This document shows positions 29,534-42,088 of a DNA stretch of 64,000 bases, in pieces (the first letter of the stretch is position 1; each line of letters starts with the position of its first letter). The stretch lies in NCBI GenBank assembly GCA_963796055.1, contig CAWCKH010000003.1, positions 448,001 through 512,000 of the forward strand, written 5' to 3'. Position numbers and translations under genes: made by a program. Below the pieces are notes generated by a model that had not been told where the DNA came from, did no database searches, and saw only the letters and a list, made by a program, of their open reading frames with translations. This DNA comes from an uncultured delta proteobacterium. Its GTDB lineage: Bacteria; Myxococcota; Myxococcia; Myxococcales; Myxococcaceae.

Positions 29534-30733
29534 ATGCTGCACGACGATGATCACCGCGCCCTCGGCCACCGCCTGAGGCTGTTCCACATGCAGGAGGAGG
29601 CGGCGGGGAGCGTGTTCTGGCACCCCCGGGGCCTGCAGCTCCTCCGCGCGCTCGAGGACCACCTAAGGCGCCTCGTCCTCCGCCAGGGGTACCGCGAGGT
29701 GCGAAGTCCTCAAGTATTGGCCCAGTCCATCTGGGAGCGCAGCGGTCACTGGAGCGTCTTCCGCCAGGGGATGCTGGTGGTGGAGGGCGAGGCTCGCGCG
29801 CTGAAACCGGTCAGCTGCCCCGGCCACATGGAGCTGGTGCGCCGGATGGCGCCGCGGTGGAACGAGCTGCCGCTTCGAATCGCCGAGTTCGGGCTCGTCC
29901 ACCGCGACGAGCCGTCGGGGGCGCTGCACGGCCTGTTCCGGCTGCGCCAGTTCTCGCAGGACGACGGCCACGTCTTCTGCCGCGAGGACCAGGTCGCCGA
30001 CGAGCTGGTCCTCTTCGTGCGGAGCCTGCGCGCGCTCTACTCGGCGCTCGGCTTCGACGGCTTCCAGATCCTGTTCTCCGGCCGCCCTCCGAACCGGCTG
30101 GGCGACGAGGCGGTGTGGGACCGGGCCGAGGCGCTCCTCGCGCAGGCGGCGCGCGCGGCCGGGCTCGCGTGGAGCTCGCAGCCCGGAGAAGGCGCCTTCT
30201 ACGGCCCCAAGCTCGAGTTCGTCCTCCAAGACCGGCTGGGGCGTGCCTGGCAGTGCGGGACGATCCAGGTGGACCTGGTCCTGCCCGAACGGTTCGCGCT
30301 GGCGTTCCCCGACGGAGCCGGCGGTCGGCATCGACCGGTCGTCCTCCACCGAGCAGTCCTCGGCAGCCTCGAGCGCTTCCTCGGCATCCTCCTCGAGCAC
30401 CACCGCGGCAGGCTCCCGGCCTGGCTCGCACCGGAGCAGGCGGTGGTCGCCAGCCTCGAGGGTGGCGTTGCCCACGCCCGGAATGCGTGCCGCGTTCTGG
30501 AGCAGGCCGGGCTGCGCGTCCGGCTCGACGTGCGCGACGAGGCGCTCTCGAAGAAGGTCGCGGATGCGCACCGTCTCGCCATCCCCTACCTGCTCGCCGC
30601 GGGGCCACGCGACGAGGCCAGGGCATCGGTGCGCGTCCGCGATCCCGCGGGTCGGCAGCGCGACGTCCCTCTCGACGCGCTCGGCCCGGAGCTCGTCCGG
30701 GCCTGCGCCCCTCCCCCGCTCGAGCTGGAGTGA
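29534..30733 (+). CDS. thrS: Threonyl-tRNA synthetase, short form (catalytic and anticodon domains only)
   Basis: GGAG RBS and ATG 29534; begins directly at DHRALG; FWHPRG, SGHW, KPVSCPGH, HRDEPSGALHGLFRLRQFSQDDGH, GEGAFYGPKLEF, WQCGTIQVD, LHRAVLGSLERF, PAWLAPEQ. Confidence 0.93.
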   Translation: MLHDDDHRALGHRLRLFHMQEEAAGSVFWHPRGLQLLRALEDHLRRLVLRQGYREVRSPQVLAQSIWERSGHWSVFRQGMLVVEGEARALKPVSCPGHMELVRRMAPRWNELPLRIAEFGLVHRDEPSGALHGLFRLRQFSQDDGHVFCREDQVADELVLFVRSLRALYSALGFDGFQILFSGRPPNRLGDEAVWDRAEALLAQAARAAGLAWSSQPGEGAFYGPKLEFVLQDRLGRAWQCGTIQVDLVLPERFALAFPDGAGGRHRPVVLHRAVLGSLERFLGILLEHHRGRLPAWLAPEQAVVASLEGGVAHARNACRVLEQAGLRVRLDVRDEALSKKVADAHRLAIPYLLAAGPRDEARASVRVRDPAGRQRDVPLDALGPELVRACAPPPLELE

Positions 30734-30745
30734 GCGGGCATGGGG

Positions 30746-34419
<3,674 letters not shown>

Positions 34420-34501
34420 GGCGAGGTCCCATCCCTGTGGTCTGGACACCGGCGCGACTGGCGCGCCGGTGCGTTCCCCAGCTGCTCTCGAGTGAGGCCC
34501 G

Positions 34502-35005
34502 ATGCAGAAGGTGGCGCGCGTCATCGACCGGGTGAGCATCGCGGTCGGGCGTATCGTGGTGTGGTTCACGCTCCTGGCGGTGGTGATCATCACCTTCGAG
34601 GTGGTGGCCCGCTACGTCTTCGACAAGCCCACCAACTGGGCGCACGAGTCGATGACCCTGATCTTCGCCATGCAGTACATCCTGGCCGGGGCCTATAATC
34701 ACTACCTCCACGCCCATGTCCGGGTCGACGTCCTCTACCAGAGCCTCTCGGTGCGGAACCGGGCGCGGATGGACCTGCTGACGTCCCTGCTCTTCTTCTT
34801 CTACCTGGGAATCATGACCTGGACCGCCTGGGGGTTCTTCTGGGACTCCTGGCTGATTCGCGAGGTCTCCTTCACCGACTGGGCGCCTCCCCTCTACCCG
34901 GTGAAGTTCTCGGTCTTCGTGGGGACGCTCCTCCTGCTGCTTCAGGGCGTGGCCAACTTCCTTCGTGACCTCAAGGTCGCCCTTGGACGGGTGGCCCAGG
35001 CATGA
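34502..35005 (+). CDS. dctQ: TRAP transporter small permease
   Basis: EVVARYVFDKPTNWAHE, HVRVDVLY, four TM segments. Confidence 0.92.
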   Translation: MQKVARVIDRVSIAVGRIVVWFTLLAVVIITFEVVARYVFDKPTNWAHESMTLIFAMQYILAGAYNHYLHAHVRVDVLYQSLSVRNRARMDLLTSLLFFFYLGIMTWTAWGFFWDSWLIREVSFTDWAPPLYPVKFSVFVGTLLLLLQGVANFLRDLKVALGRVAQA

Positions 35006-36321
35006 GCATCGAGCTGATCACCCTGCTGATGTTCGGCTCGCTCCTGCTGATCCTGCTCCTCGGAATGCCGGTGGCCTTCGCCGCCGGCGGGATCGGGATG
35101 ATCTTCACCATCGGGCTCCTCGGCTGGAACGGAGCCGCGCTGGGGGTGGTGCGGACCTTCACCTTGATGAATCAGTACCTGCTGGCCGCCATCCCCCTGT
35201 TCATCTTCATGGCGTCGATCCTCGAACGCAGCGGGATCATGGAAGAGTTGTACGAGATCGTCTATCGCTGGCTGGGAGGGCTCCGTGGCGGCGTGGCGTC
35301 GGCCACGGTGGTCGCCTGCACCATCCTCGCCGCCATGGTCGGCGTCATCGGGGCCAGCGAGACCACGATGAGCATGATCGCCCTGCCCGAGATGTTCAAG
35401 CGGGGCTACGACCGCCGCCTGGCGATGGGGGCGGTGCTGGCCGGGGGCACGCTGGGCATTCTCATCCCGCCCAGCGTGTTGATGATCGTCTACGGGCTGG
35501 TGGCCAACGAGTCGATCGGCCAGCTCTACGCCGGCTCGTTTCTGCCCGGCCTGCTCCTGGCCGGTCTGTACATCGCCTACATCACCCTTCGCTGCTGGAT
35601 CAATCCCGCGATGGGGCCCGCCGTCCCCAAGGAGGAGCGCATCTCCTTCACCGCGAAGGTGAAGATGCTCCGGGGGATCATCATTCCGGCGATTCTCGTG
35701 GCCCTGGTACTGGGGGCGATGTTCGCCGGGATTGCCGCCCCCACCGAGGCCGCCGGCGTCGGCGCTGCCGGGTCGCTGATCATCGTGGTCGCTCAGCGGA
35801 AGTTCAGCTGGCGGAAGCTCTGGGAGTCGCTGGAGGGCACGCTCAAGGCGACGGCGATGGTGATGTGGACCATCTTCGGGGCGAACCTCTTCGTGGCCAT
35901 CTACGTGGCCGCCGGAGGGGCCCAGTTCGTCCAGGACACCCTGCTTGGCTCGGGCCTGGGACGCTGGGGCGTCCTGTTCATCATGCAGCTCATCCTGCTC
36001 TTCCTCGGATGCTTCCTGGACTGGGTGGGAATCCTGATGCTGACGGTTCCGATCTTCGTGCCGATCATCAAGACCCTGGGCTTCGATGCGGTCTGGTTCG
36101 GGGTGCTCTTCTCGGTGAACCTCCAGGTCTCCTTCCTCTCCCCGCCGTTCGGGTACGCGCTCTTCTACCTGGCGGGGACGGTGGGGCCGAAGCTCGGCAT
36201 CTCCACCCACGAGATCTGGAAAGCGGCCATTCCCTTCATCGGCCTGCAAGTGGTGGGGCTCGCACTCTGCATGATCTTCCCCGAGATCATCCTCTGGGTT
36301 CCCCATCTCCTCTACAAGTGA
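35002..36321 (+). CDS. dctM: TRAP transporter large permease
   Basis: LAAIPLFIFMA, GGTLGILIPPS, APTEAAGVGA, SPPFGYALFYL. Confidence 0.94.
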   Translation: MSIELITLLMFGSLLLILLLGMPVAFAAGGIGMIFTIGLLGWNGAALGVVRTFTLMNQYLLAAIPLFIFMASILERSGIMEELYEIVYRWLGGLRGGVASATVVACTILAAMVGVIGASETTMSMIALPEMFKRGYDRRLAMGAVLAGGTLGILIPPSVLMIVYGLVANESIGQLYAGSFLPGLLLAGLYIAYITLRCWINPAMGPAVPKEERISFTAKVKMLRGIIIPAILVALVLGAMFAGIAAPTEAAGVGAAGSLIIVVAQRKFSWRKLWESLEGTLKATAMVMWTIFGANLFVAIYVAAGGAQFVQDTLLGSGLGRWGVLFIMQLILLFLGCFLDWVGILMLTVPIFVPIIKTLGFDAVWFGVLFSVNLQVSFLSPPFGYALFYLAGTVGPKLGISTHEIWKAAIPFIGLQVVGLALCMIFPEIILWVPHLLYK

Positions 36322-36343
36322 GATGGGGTCCCTCCGGTGAGCG

Positions 36344-36817
36344 CTAGGGTTTCCAGGGCCTGATGAGGATGACGAAGACCAGGTAGTGCCCGACCAGCAG
36401 CAACGGAACCCAGAACGCCGGGATCCAGTATGCGGGCCCCATGTAGGGGTCGGCTCCGTACTTGTTCGACAGGACGATGGCGTTGAGGAAGTCGAGCGTC
36501 CCCTCGATGTTGAAGATCCAGAGGAGCGGACGGGCCGCCCGACTGTTCGTCACCACCGCGGCGAGCGCGAGCAGGGCGAGGACGGCCGCGGTCAGATCGC
36601 CGAAGGCCGCGGGCCGGGCGAACTCGACGGGAATCCCGGGGTACGTCGCTCCGGGAGTCAGGAACATCAGGCCGAGGTGCCGGAAGGAGTGCAGCAACAG
36701 GATCGGCACCAGCACGGTGCTGGAGCTGACCTGCCGCATCCTCGGCACGACGTAGATGCGAGCCGCGATGCCGAACACCAGCGTGCTGAAGAGGACGTTG
36801 ACGGTCAGGATGTTCAA
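36344..36817 (-). CDS. Hypothetical integral membrane protein
   Basis: Four to five hydrophobic segments (LLHSFRHLGLMFL, AFGDL, WIPAFWVPLLLVGH); GC3-biased codons. Confidence 0.7.
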   Translation of the reverse strand: MNILTVNVLFSTLVFGIAARIYVVPRMRQVSSSTVLVPILLLHSFRHLGLMFLTPGATYPGIPVEFARPAAFGDLTAAVLALLALAAVVTNSRAARPLLWIFNIEGTLDFLNAIVLSNKYGADPYMGPAYWIPAFWVPLLLVGHYLVFVILIRPWKP

Positions 36818-36909
36818 GGCCGCGGCAGGCTATGACCGCACGGCGCGGTGGACATCGCCCGGTTGGGGAGGTCAGGGACCTGCCCATTCGGGCAGCTTGC
36901 CGCCGACGG

Positions 36910-37290
36910 CTACCCGGGTGCAGCGAGCAGAGACGCCGCCGCCCGGCTCACGTCCTCGGCTTCCACCGGCTTGGAGAGGAACGCGCTCGCCCCCGCCCCC
37001 AGCGCCCGGGCGCGCTCGGCGGGGGTCCGGTCGGTGGTCACCACCAGGATCGGAACACGCGACCCGCGGGCCCCCGACCGGATGTGGTGGATCAGCTTCA
37101 GCCCGTCGAGCCGGGGCATGTGCACGTCGGTGACCACCAGGTCGTACTCGCCCGCGGCGAACCGCTTCAGCGCCTCGGCGCCGTCTGCCGCCTCGTCGCA
37201 GGTGCTCGAGCCGAGCGAGGCCATGGCCGACACCAGGACCTGGCGTGCGGCGCGCGAGTCGTCGACGACCAGGACGCGGAAGCCTCTCAT
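36910..37290 (-). CDS. Single-domain response regulator (CheY-like)
   Basis: VLVVDDS, LVVTDVHMPRLDG, VVTT, FLSKP. Confidence 0.88.
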   Translation of the reverse strand: MRGFRVLVVDDSRAARQVLVSAMASLGSSTCDEAADGAEALKRFAAGEYDLVVTDVHMPRLDGLKLIHHIRSGARGSRVPILVVTTDRTPAERARALGAGASAFLSKPVEAEDVSRAAASLLAAPG

Positions 37291-37308
37291 CGGGGACGAG
37301 ACATCAGT

Positions 37309-37743
37309 TTACAGGACCGGCCCTCTCTCCGCAGGCCGATTCGCGAGCAATCCCTGCAAATCCAGCAACCGGCACTCGTCGCCCGTCACCCCGAGCACGC
37401 CCGGGACGGCACTGCCGGGGCGGATCTCCGCCGGCGTGTAGCGGCGCACACCCGCCATCCCGTCCACGCGCAGCCCCAGCCGTCGCCGTCCGATGCGGAC
37501 CAGGATGACCTTCGGCTTGGCCGTCCGCGGCGGGTTCCCGGCCGGGAGAAGCCGCCGGAGGTCGACGATCGGCACCGCCGTGCCATGCACGTGCACCACG
37601 CCCTCCACGTGGGCCGGTGCGTCGGTGACCGGGAGCGGAACGACGCGCGGGAGGATCTCGTCCACCCGCGCCACGTCGATGCCGTAGACCGCCCCGCCCA
37701 CCCAGAAGGCGCAGACGTCCACCGCCTCGGCGTCGGCGCTCAT
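37309..37743 (-). CDS. cheW: Chemotaxis adaptor CheW
   Basis: AFWVGGAVYGIDVARVDEI, APAHVEGVVHVHGTAVPIVDLR, LGLRVD. Confidence 0.85.
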   Translation of the reverse strand: MSADAEAVDVCAFWVGGAVYGIDVARVDEILPRVVPLPVTDAPAHVEGVVHVHGTAVPIVDLRRLLPAGNPPRTAKPKVILVRIGRRRLGLRVDGMAGVRRYTPAEIRPGSAVPGVLGVTGDECRLLDLQGLLANRPAERGPVL

Positions 37744-38300
37744 CGGAGCAGCCACTCCGGATCCACCACCGTGCAGGTGGCCTCGGCGGTCTGGAGGATG
37801 CCCACCACCCCCCCGGTCGGCCCGCTGCGGGGACGCTCGAGCGCCGCCGGGCGAACCCGCTGCACGCCGCGCACCCGGTCCACCCAGAGCCCTGCCGGAC
37901 CGAGCGCGGTGCGGACCACCAGGATTCGTGCCGGGCGCGGCGGCCGTTCGCAGTCCGGACCGGCGCACGGCGGTGCGGAGCTCGCCAGCCCCAGCCGCAA
38001 GGACGGATCGTAGACCGGGGTGATGGTCCCGCGGAGATTCAGCACGCCGAGGAGCGGCGGCCTCGCCCGGGGAATCTCGGTGAGCGGCCGGGCACGGAGG
38101 ATCTCCGTCACCGTGCCCAGCGGCACCGCGTACTCGCTCCTGCCGAGGCCGAAGGTCAGCAGATTCAGATCTTCCGCTCCGGCCGGGCGCTCCGGCTCGA
38201 CGGCCGAGGTGGGGAGCTCGGCCAGTCCGGCGGAGCTCTCGTCGGGACGGTAGCGAAACCGCGCGAGCAAGGTGTCGACGGTGGACATCGGCTGGCTCAC
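37740..38300 (-). CDS. cheW: Chemotaxis adaptor CheW
   Basis: LTFGLGRSEYAVPLGTVTEI, LTEIPRA..LLGVLNLRGTITPVYD, GLWVDRV; GTG start overlaps the cheA stop. Confidence 0.88.
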   Translation of the reverse strand: MSQPMSTVDTLLARFRYRPDESSAGLAELPTSAVEPERPAGAEDLNLLTFGLGRSEYAVPLGTVTEILRARPLTEIPRARPPLLGVLNLRGTITPVYDPSLRLGLASSAPPCAGPDCERPPRPARILVVRTALGPAGLWVDRVRGVQRVRPAALERPRSGPTGGVVGILQTAEATCTVVDPEWLLR

Positions 38301-40285
38301 GCCTCCGCCACCAGCAGCGGCGGCCCGCGGAGCACCTCGTCGAGCAGCGCACCGACGTCGAGTACCAGAACCGTGTGGTGGTGACCGACCTCCGCGGCGC
38401 CCGAGATGCCGGGCACCTGGCCCAGCCGCGGCCCGAGCGCCTGGATCACGAGATCTCGCTGGCCGTGGAGCGCATCCACCATCAGCCCGAGTCGTCGCTC
38501 GGCCACGCCCACCACCACCACGTACACCGCGCCTTCGCTGCGCCTCGGCAACCCGAAGGTCTCGGCGAGCGAGACCACCGGGATGCTGTATCCCCGGACG
38601 GAGAGGAACCGCCGTCCATCCTCCGTCATCCCGTGCTGGCCGTCGTGCGCCAGGACGTCGAGCACGCTGCTCAGGGGCACCGCATAGACCCGCCCGCACA
38701 CACCCACCAGCAGGCCGCGCACGGTCGCCAGGGTCACCGGCAACGTCACCCGGAAGCTGGTGCCCTCCCCTGCCCGGCTCTCGACGTCGATGACCCCCGA
38801 GAGTCCGGCGATGTTGGTCTTCACTACGTCCAGGCCCACGCCGCGGCCGGACATCGGGCTCACCGCCGAGGCGGTGGAGAGGCCCGGGCTGAAGAGCACC
38901 GCCTGCAGCTCGCGGTCGTCGGCCGCCCGGGCCCGCTCCTCGTCGAGCAACCCCCTCTGGATGGCCACCTGGCGCACCCGCGCCCAGTCCACCCCGCCGC
39001 CGTCGTCGGTGAGGGCGAGCACCACCCGCGCTCCCAGCTGCTCGGCGGAGAGGAGGATGCGCCCGGCGCGCGGCTTGCCACGGCCCTCGCGCAGCCCCGC
39101 CGGCTCGATGCCGTGGTCGATGGCGTTGCGCACCAGGTGCACCAGCGGATCGCTCAGCTCCTCCACCAGGCGCTTGTCGATCTGCACCTCGGCCCCGGAG
39201 GTCTCGAGCACCACCTCCTTGCCCGCCTCGCGCGCCATCCGCCGGACCAGCCGCTGCATGCGGTCGAACAGCGGACGGAGCGGCACCATCCTTGCTTGAA
39301 GGAGCCGGTCCTGGAGGATGTCCAGCCGGCGCACCAGTCGCCGGTGCTCCCGGAGCAGCTCCACCGTCCAGGCCCGCGGCGACAGCTCCCGGGCGTCCGA
39401 CAGCCCGCGGATGGCCTCGCCGATGAGCCGCAGCTCGCCCACGTCGTCCATGAGGGCATCGAGTCGTGCGATGTCCACCCGGAGCGTCCGCGCCACGGCG
39501 CCGGACTCCCCGCCCTCGGCCTGGCCCGCGCGCGCCGCCTCGGGGGCGGGGCGGCCCTCCTTCCGCACCGGCACTGGCCGCAGCTCGACCGCCACGCCGC
39601 CGAACGCTCCGCGCAGCCCCGCCTCGCCCGCGCCCGAGCCGACGAGTAGCAGGAACGAGAGCACGTCGAGGCGATCTCCCGCCGGCCCCGGCAGCGTCGA
39701 GACCAGCTCGCCCACGCCCCGGAGCCGTGCCTTGAGCTGCTCCAGCTCGCGGTCGAACGTCTCCAGCGGGTATTCCACCCGCGCCGCCCAGACTAGGTCG
39801 CCCCGGCGGAGCGTCTCCCGCAGCCGGTGCTCCTCGAACTCGGTGAGCACCCGGCGCATCTCGGGGGCGAGCTCGAGCCGCTCCAGGGGATCCTCGCCCA
39901 TCCGCTCCGGCCCCTCCTCGATGGCCGAGAGCCGGGCGGCGAGCGACCGCGCCTCGTCGTCCGCGCTCCCCGGCTCTTCCGCCAGGCGCTGGAACAGCTC
40001 CACCGCCTCGAGCAGCAGATCCAGCCGCGCCGGGGTGAGCCGGGCCTTGCCCAGGCGGAACCGGTCGAGGAGATCCTCCGCGGCATGGGCCAGCTCCGCC
40101 AGCCGCTGCTGGCCGAAGGTCGCCGCCAGCCCCTTCAGCGAGTGCGCCTGGCGAAAGACCGAGTTCAGAACCTCGGGGTCGGGGTCGGCCGCGCACTTCT
40201 CCAGCAACAGGAGATTTCGGCCCAGCGCCTCGGCGGTCTCGACGGCCTCGGACGAGAACTCTGCCGGGGGGCGGTCCGGGCTCAC
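38297..40285 (-). CDS. cheA: Chemotaxis histidine kinase CheA
   Basis: HPt FRQAHSLKG, TLRVDIARLD, DPLVHLVRNAIDHGIE, DDGGG, SGRGVGLDVVK, C-terminal CheW domain. Confidence 0.95.
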   Translation of the reverse strand: MSPDRPPAEFSSEAVETAEALGRNLLLLEKCAADPDPEVLNSVFRQAHSLKGLAATFGQQRLAELAHAAEDLLDRFRLGKARLTPARLDLLLEAVELFQRLAEEPGSADDEARSLAARLSAIEEGPERMGEDPLERLELAPEMRRVLTEFEEHRLRETLRRGDLVWAARVEYPLETFDRELEQLKARLRGVGELVSTLPGPAGDRLDVLSFLLLVGSGAGEAGLRGAFGGVAVELRPVPVRKEGRPAPEAARAGQAEGGESGAVARTLRVDIARLDALMDDVGELRLIGEAIRGLSDARELSPRAWTVELLREHRRLVRRLDILQDRLLQARMVPLRPLFDRMQRLVRRMAREAGKEVVLETSGAEVQIDKRLVEELSDPLVHLVRNAIDHGIEPAGLREGRGKPRAGRILLSAEQLGARVVLALTDDGGGVDWARVRQVAIQRGLLDEERARAADDRELQAVLFSPGLSTASAVSPMSGRGVGLDVVKTNIAGLSGVIDVESRAGEGTSFRVTLPVTLATVRGLLVGVCGRVYAVPLSSVLDVLAHDGQHGMTEDGRRFLSVRGYSIPVVSLAETFGLPRRSEGAVYVVVVGVAERRLGLMVDALHGQRDLVIQALGPRLGQVPGISGAAEVGHHHTVLVLDVGALLDEVLRGPPLLVAEA

Positions 40286-40656
40286 GCGATCTTCAGGTAT
40301 TGCCGCACCAGCTGCGTCAGGTGGTCGGGCTGCAGCGGCTTGATGAGGAACTCGGAGGCGCCGAGCTGGATGCCGCGGTCGCGATCGTGCTGCCGGCCCT
40401 CGCCGGTGACGATGATCAGCGGCGTCTCGCGGTAGTTCGGGTTCATCTTCACGAAGTTGATGAGCTCGAGCCCGTTGATGTCCGGCATGTTGATGTCGGT
40501 GATGATCAGGTCGAAGCGGTAGCGCGGCAGGAGCTTCAGCGCGTCGAAGCCGCTACCCGCGCAGACGACCTCCGCACCCTCGATCTGAACGATGGTCGAG
40601 GCAATGAACTCCCGCGACGCGGTCGAGTCCTCGACGATGAGAACCTTGTACCCCAT
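40282..40656 (-). CDS. cheY: CheY-like response regulator
   Basis: VLIVEDS, IITDINMPDINGLE, IVTGE, LIKP; overlaps the cheA start. Confidence 0.9.
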   Translation of the reverse strand: MGYKVLIVEDSTASREFIASTIVQIEGAEVVCAGSGFDALKLLPRYRFDLIITDINMPDINGLELINFVKMNPNYRETPLIIVTGEGRQHDRDRGIQLGASEFLIKPLQPDHLTQLVRQYLKIA

Positions 40657-40703
40657 TCCCCGGCCGGATCTGCGAGCCTAGCAGGAAGCCGACGCCCGGG
40701 AAC

Positions 40704-41183
40704 TCACCGGGAGGACCGAACGGGTCCGTCCGCCAGCAGTGTGACCCGGGTGCCCCGGAACGCGGGGATGAACGCCTCGTCGAAGGCCGAGGTCCGCTCC
40801 GGGGCGGGCATCGCTCCGCGGCCCGGTAGCTCCAGGGCAACGCTGTCCACCCGTGCACGGTTGAGCACGTCCGCAGCCTGGGAAAGCGCGCTTCTCAAGA
40901 CGGCCTCGTGGAGCGACTCGCCCCCCGGCCCCAGGCCCAGCACCACCACCCGCGGCGGCCCGATGCGGCCGTTGGAGGGCAAGAGCAGCGACTCGCCCCG
41001 GGCGCCCTTGAAGAAGCCGTCCACCAGCAGGCGCGAGAGCTGGCCGCAGAGCCGCCAGTCCACGTATCCGGCGGCACCGGTGAGCGGCCGCTCGTCCTCC
41101 GGCACGAAGAGGCAGAGCGTGTCCGCCGGGAGCGGATCCAGCGCGTCCAGTGTCAACGGCACGGTGCTCACCGCGGCGCTCAT
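40704..41183 (-). CDS. Stand-alone peptidase M17 N-terminal-domain protein
   Basis: FVPEDERPLTGAAGYVDWRLCGQLSRLL..FKGARGESLL..VVVLGLG; no catalytic domain; start overlaps the nusB stop. Confidence 0.75.
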   Translation of the reverse strand: MSAAVSTVPLTLDALDPLPADTLCLFVPEDERPLTGAAGYVDWRLCGQLSRLLVDGFFKGARGESLLLPSNGRIGPPRVVVLGLGPGGESLHEAVLRSALSQAADVLNRARVDSVALELPGRGAMPAPERTSAFDEAFIPAFRGTRVTLLADGPVRSSR

Positions 41184-41602
41184 CGCTGCTGCTCCACGTC
41201 CAGCGCGATGCGGTCCAGGAGCCCGTTGACGAACGCCGAGGAGGCCTCGGTGCCGAACGCCTTGCCCAGCTCGACCGCCTCGTTGAGCGTCACCTTCTTC
41301 GGGATGTCCGGCCGCCACTTCAGCTCGAACACCGCCAGCCGGAGGACGTTGCGGTCCACCCGCGCCATCCGGTCCAGCCGCCAGTTGTGGCTGTGTTGCT
41401 CGATGAGCCCGTCGATCTCGTCGCGATGCTCGACGACGCCCTGGACCAGCTCCAGCGCGAACCGCTGTGCCTCGGGATCGGGCGGGCCCTCGGGCTCGGC
41501 GTTCCAGGCGGTCTCCAGCGCATCCTCCGGACGCAGCGCGCTCATCTCCATCTGGTAGAGCGCCTGGAGCGCCCGCTCCCGACCGATGCGGCGAGCCCCC
41601 AT
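41180..41602 (-). CDS. nusB: Transcription antitermination factor NusB
   Basis: RRIGRERALQALYQ, NWRLDRMARVDRNVLRLA, NEAVELGKAFG, FVNGLLD. Confidence 0.97.
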   Translation of the reverse strand: MGARRIGRERALQALYQMEMSALRPEDALETAWNAEPEGPPDPEAQRFALELVQGVVEHRDEIDGLIEQHSHNWRLDRMARVDRNVLRLAVFELKWRPDIPKKVTLNEAVELGKAFGTEASSAFVNGLLDRIALDVEQQR

Positions 41603-42087
41603 CAGCGCTTCTTTCCGACCTCCGCCATCCGGGCGTACAGGTTGACCATCTCCAGGCACGCCATCGCCGCGTCCGCCCCCTTGTTGCCAGCCTTCACCCC
41701 GGCCCGATCGACGGCCTGCTCCACGGTGTCGCAGGTGAGCACCCCGAAGCTGACCGCGCAGGCGGCGGTGAGGGCAATCTGCCCGATGCCCTTGCTGACC
41801 TCGCCCGCCACGTACTCGAAGTGCGGCGTGCCCCCGCGGATGACGCAGCCCAGGGCCACCACCCCGGCGTACTGCCCGCCCTCGGCCACCCGGCGCACCA
41901 GGCCCGGCAGCTCGAAGGTGCCCGGGACCCGGAACACGTCGATGTCGGCCTCCGCCACGCCGTGGCGAAGCAGCGCGTCCTGGGCGCCGTGGAGCAGGTG
42001 CTCGGTGATGAAGCCGTTGAAGCGCGACACGCAGAGCGCAAAGCGCCCCTGCGGCGGCGTGAGAAAGCCCTCGATCACCCGTGCCAT
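41602..42087 (-). CDS. ribH: 6,7-dimethyl-8-ribityllumazine synthase
   Basis: SRFNGFIT, VPGTFELP, LGCVIRGGTPHFEYV, FGVLT, GNKG. Confidence 0.97.
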   Translation of the reverse strand: MARVIEGFLTPPQGRFALCVSRFNGFITEHLLHGAQDALLRHGVAEADIDVFRVPGTFELPGLVRRVAEGGQYAGVVALGCVIRGGTPHFEYVAGEVSKGIGQIALTAACAVSFGVLTCDTVEQAVDRAGVKAGNKGADAAMACLEMVNLYARMAEVGKKR

Positions 42088-42088
42088 G

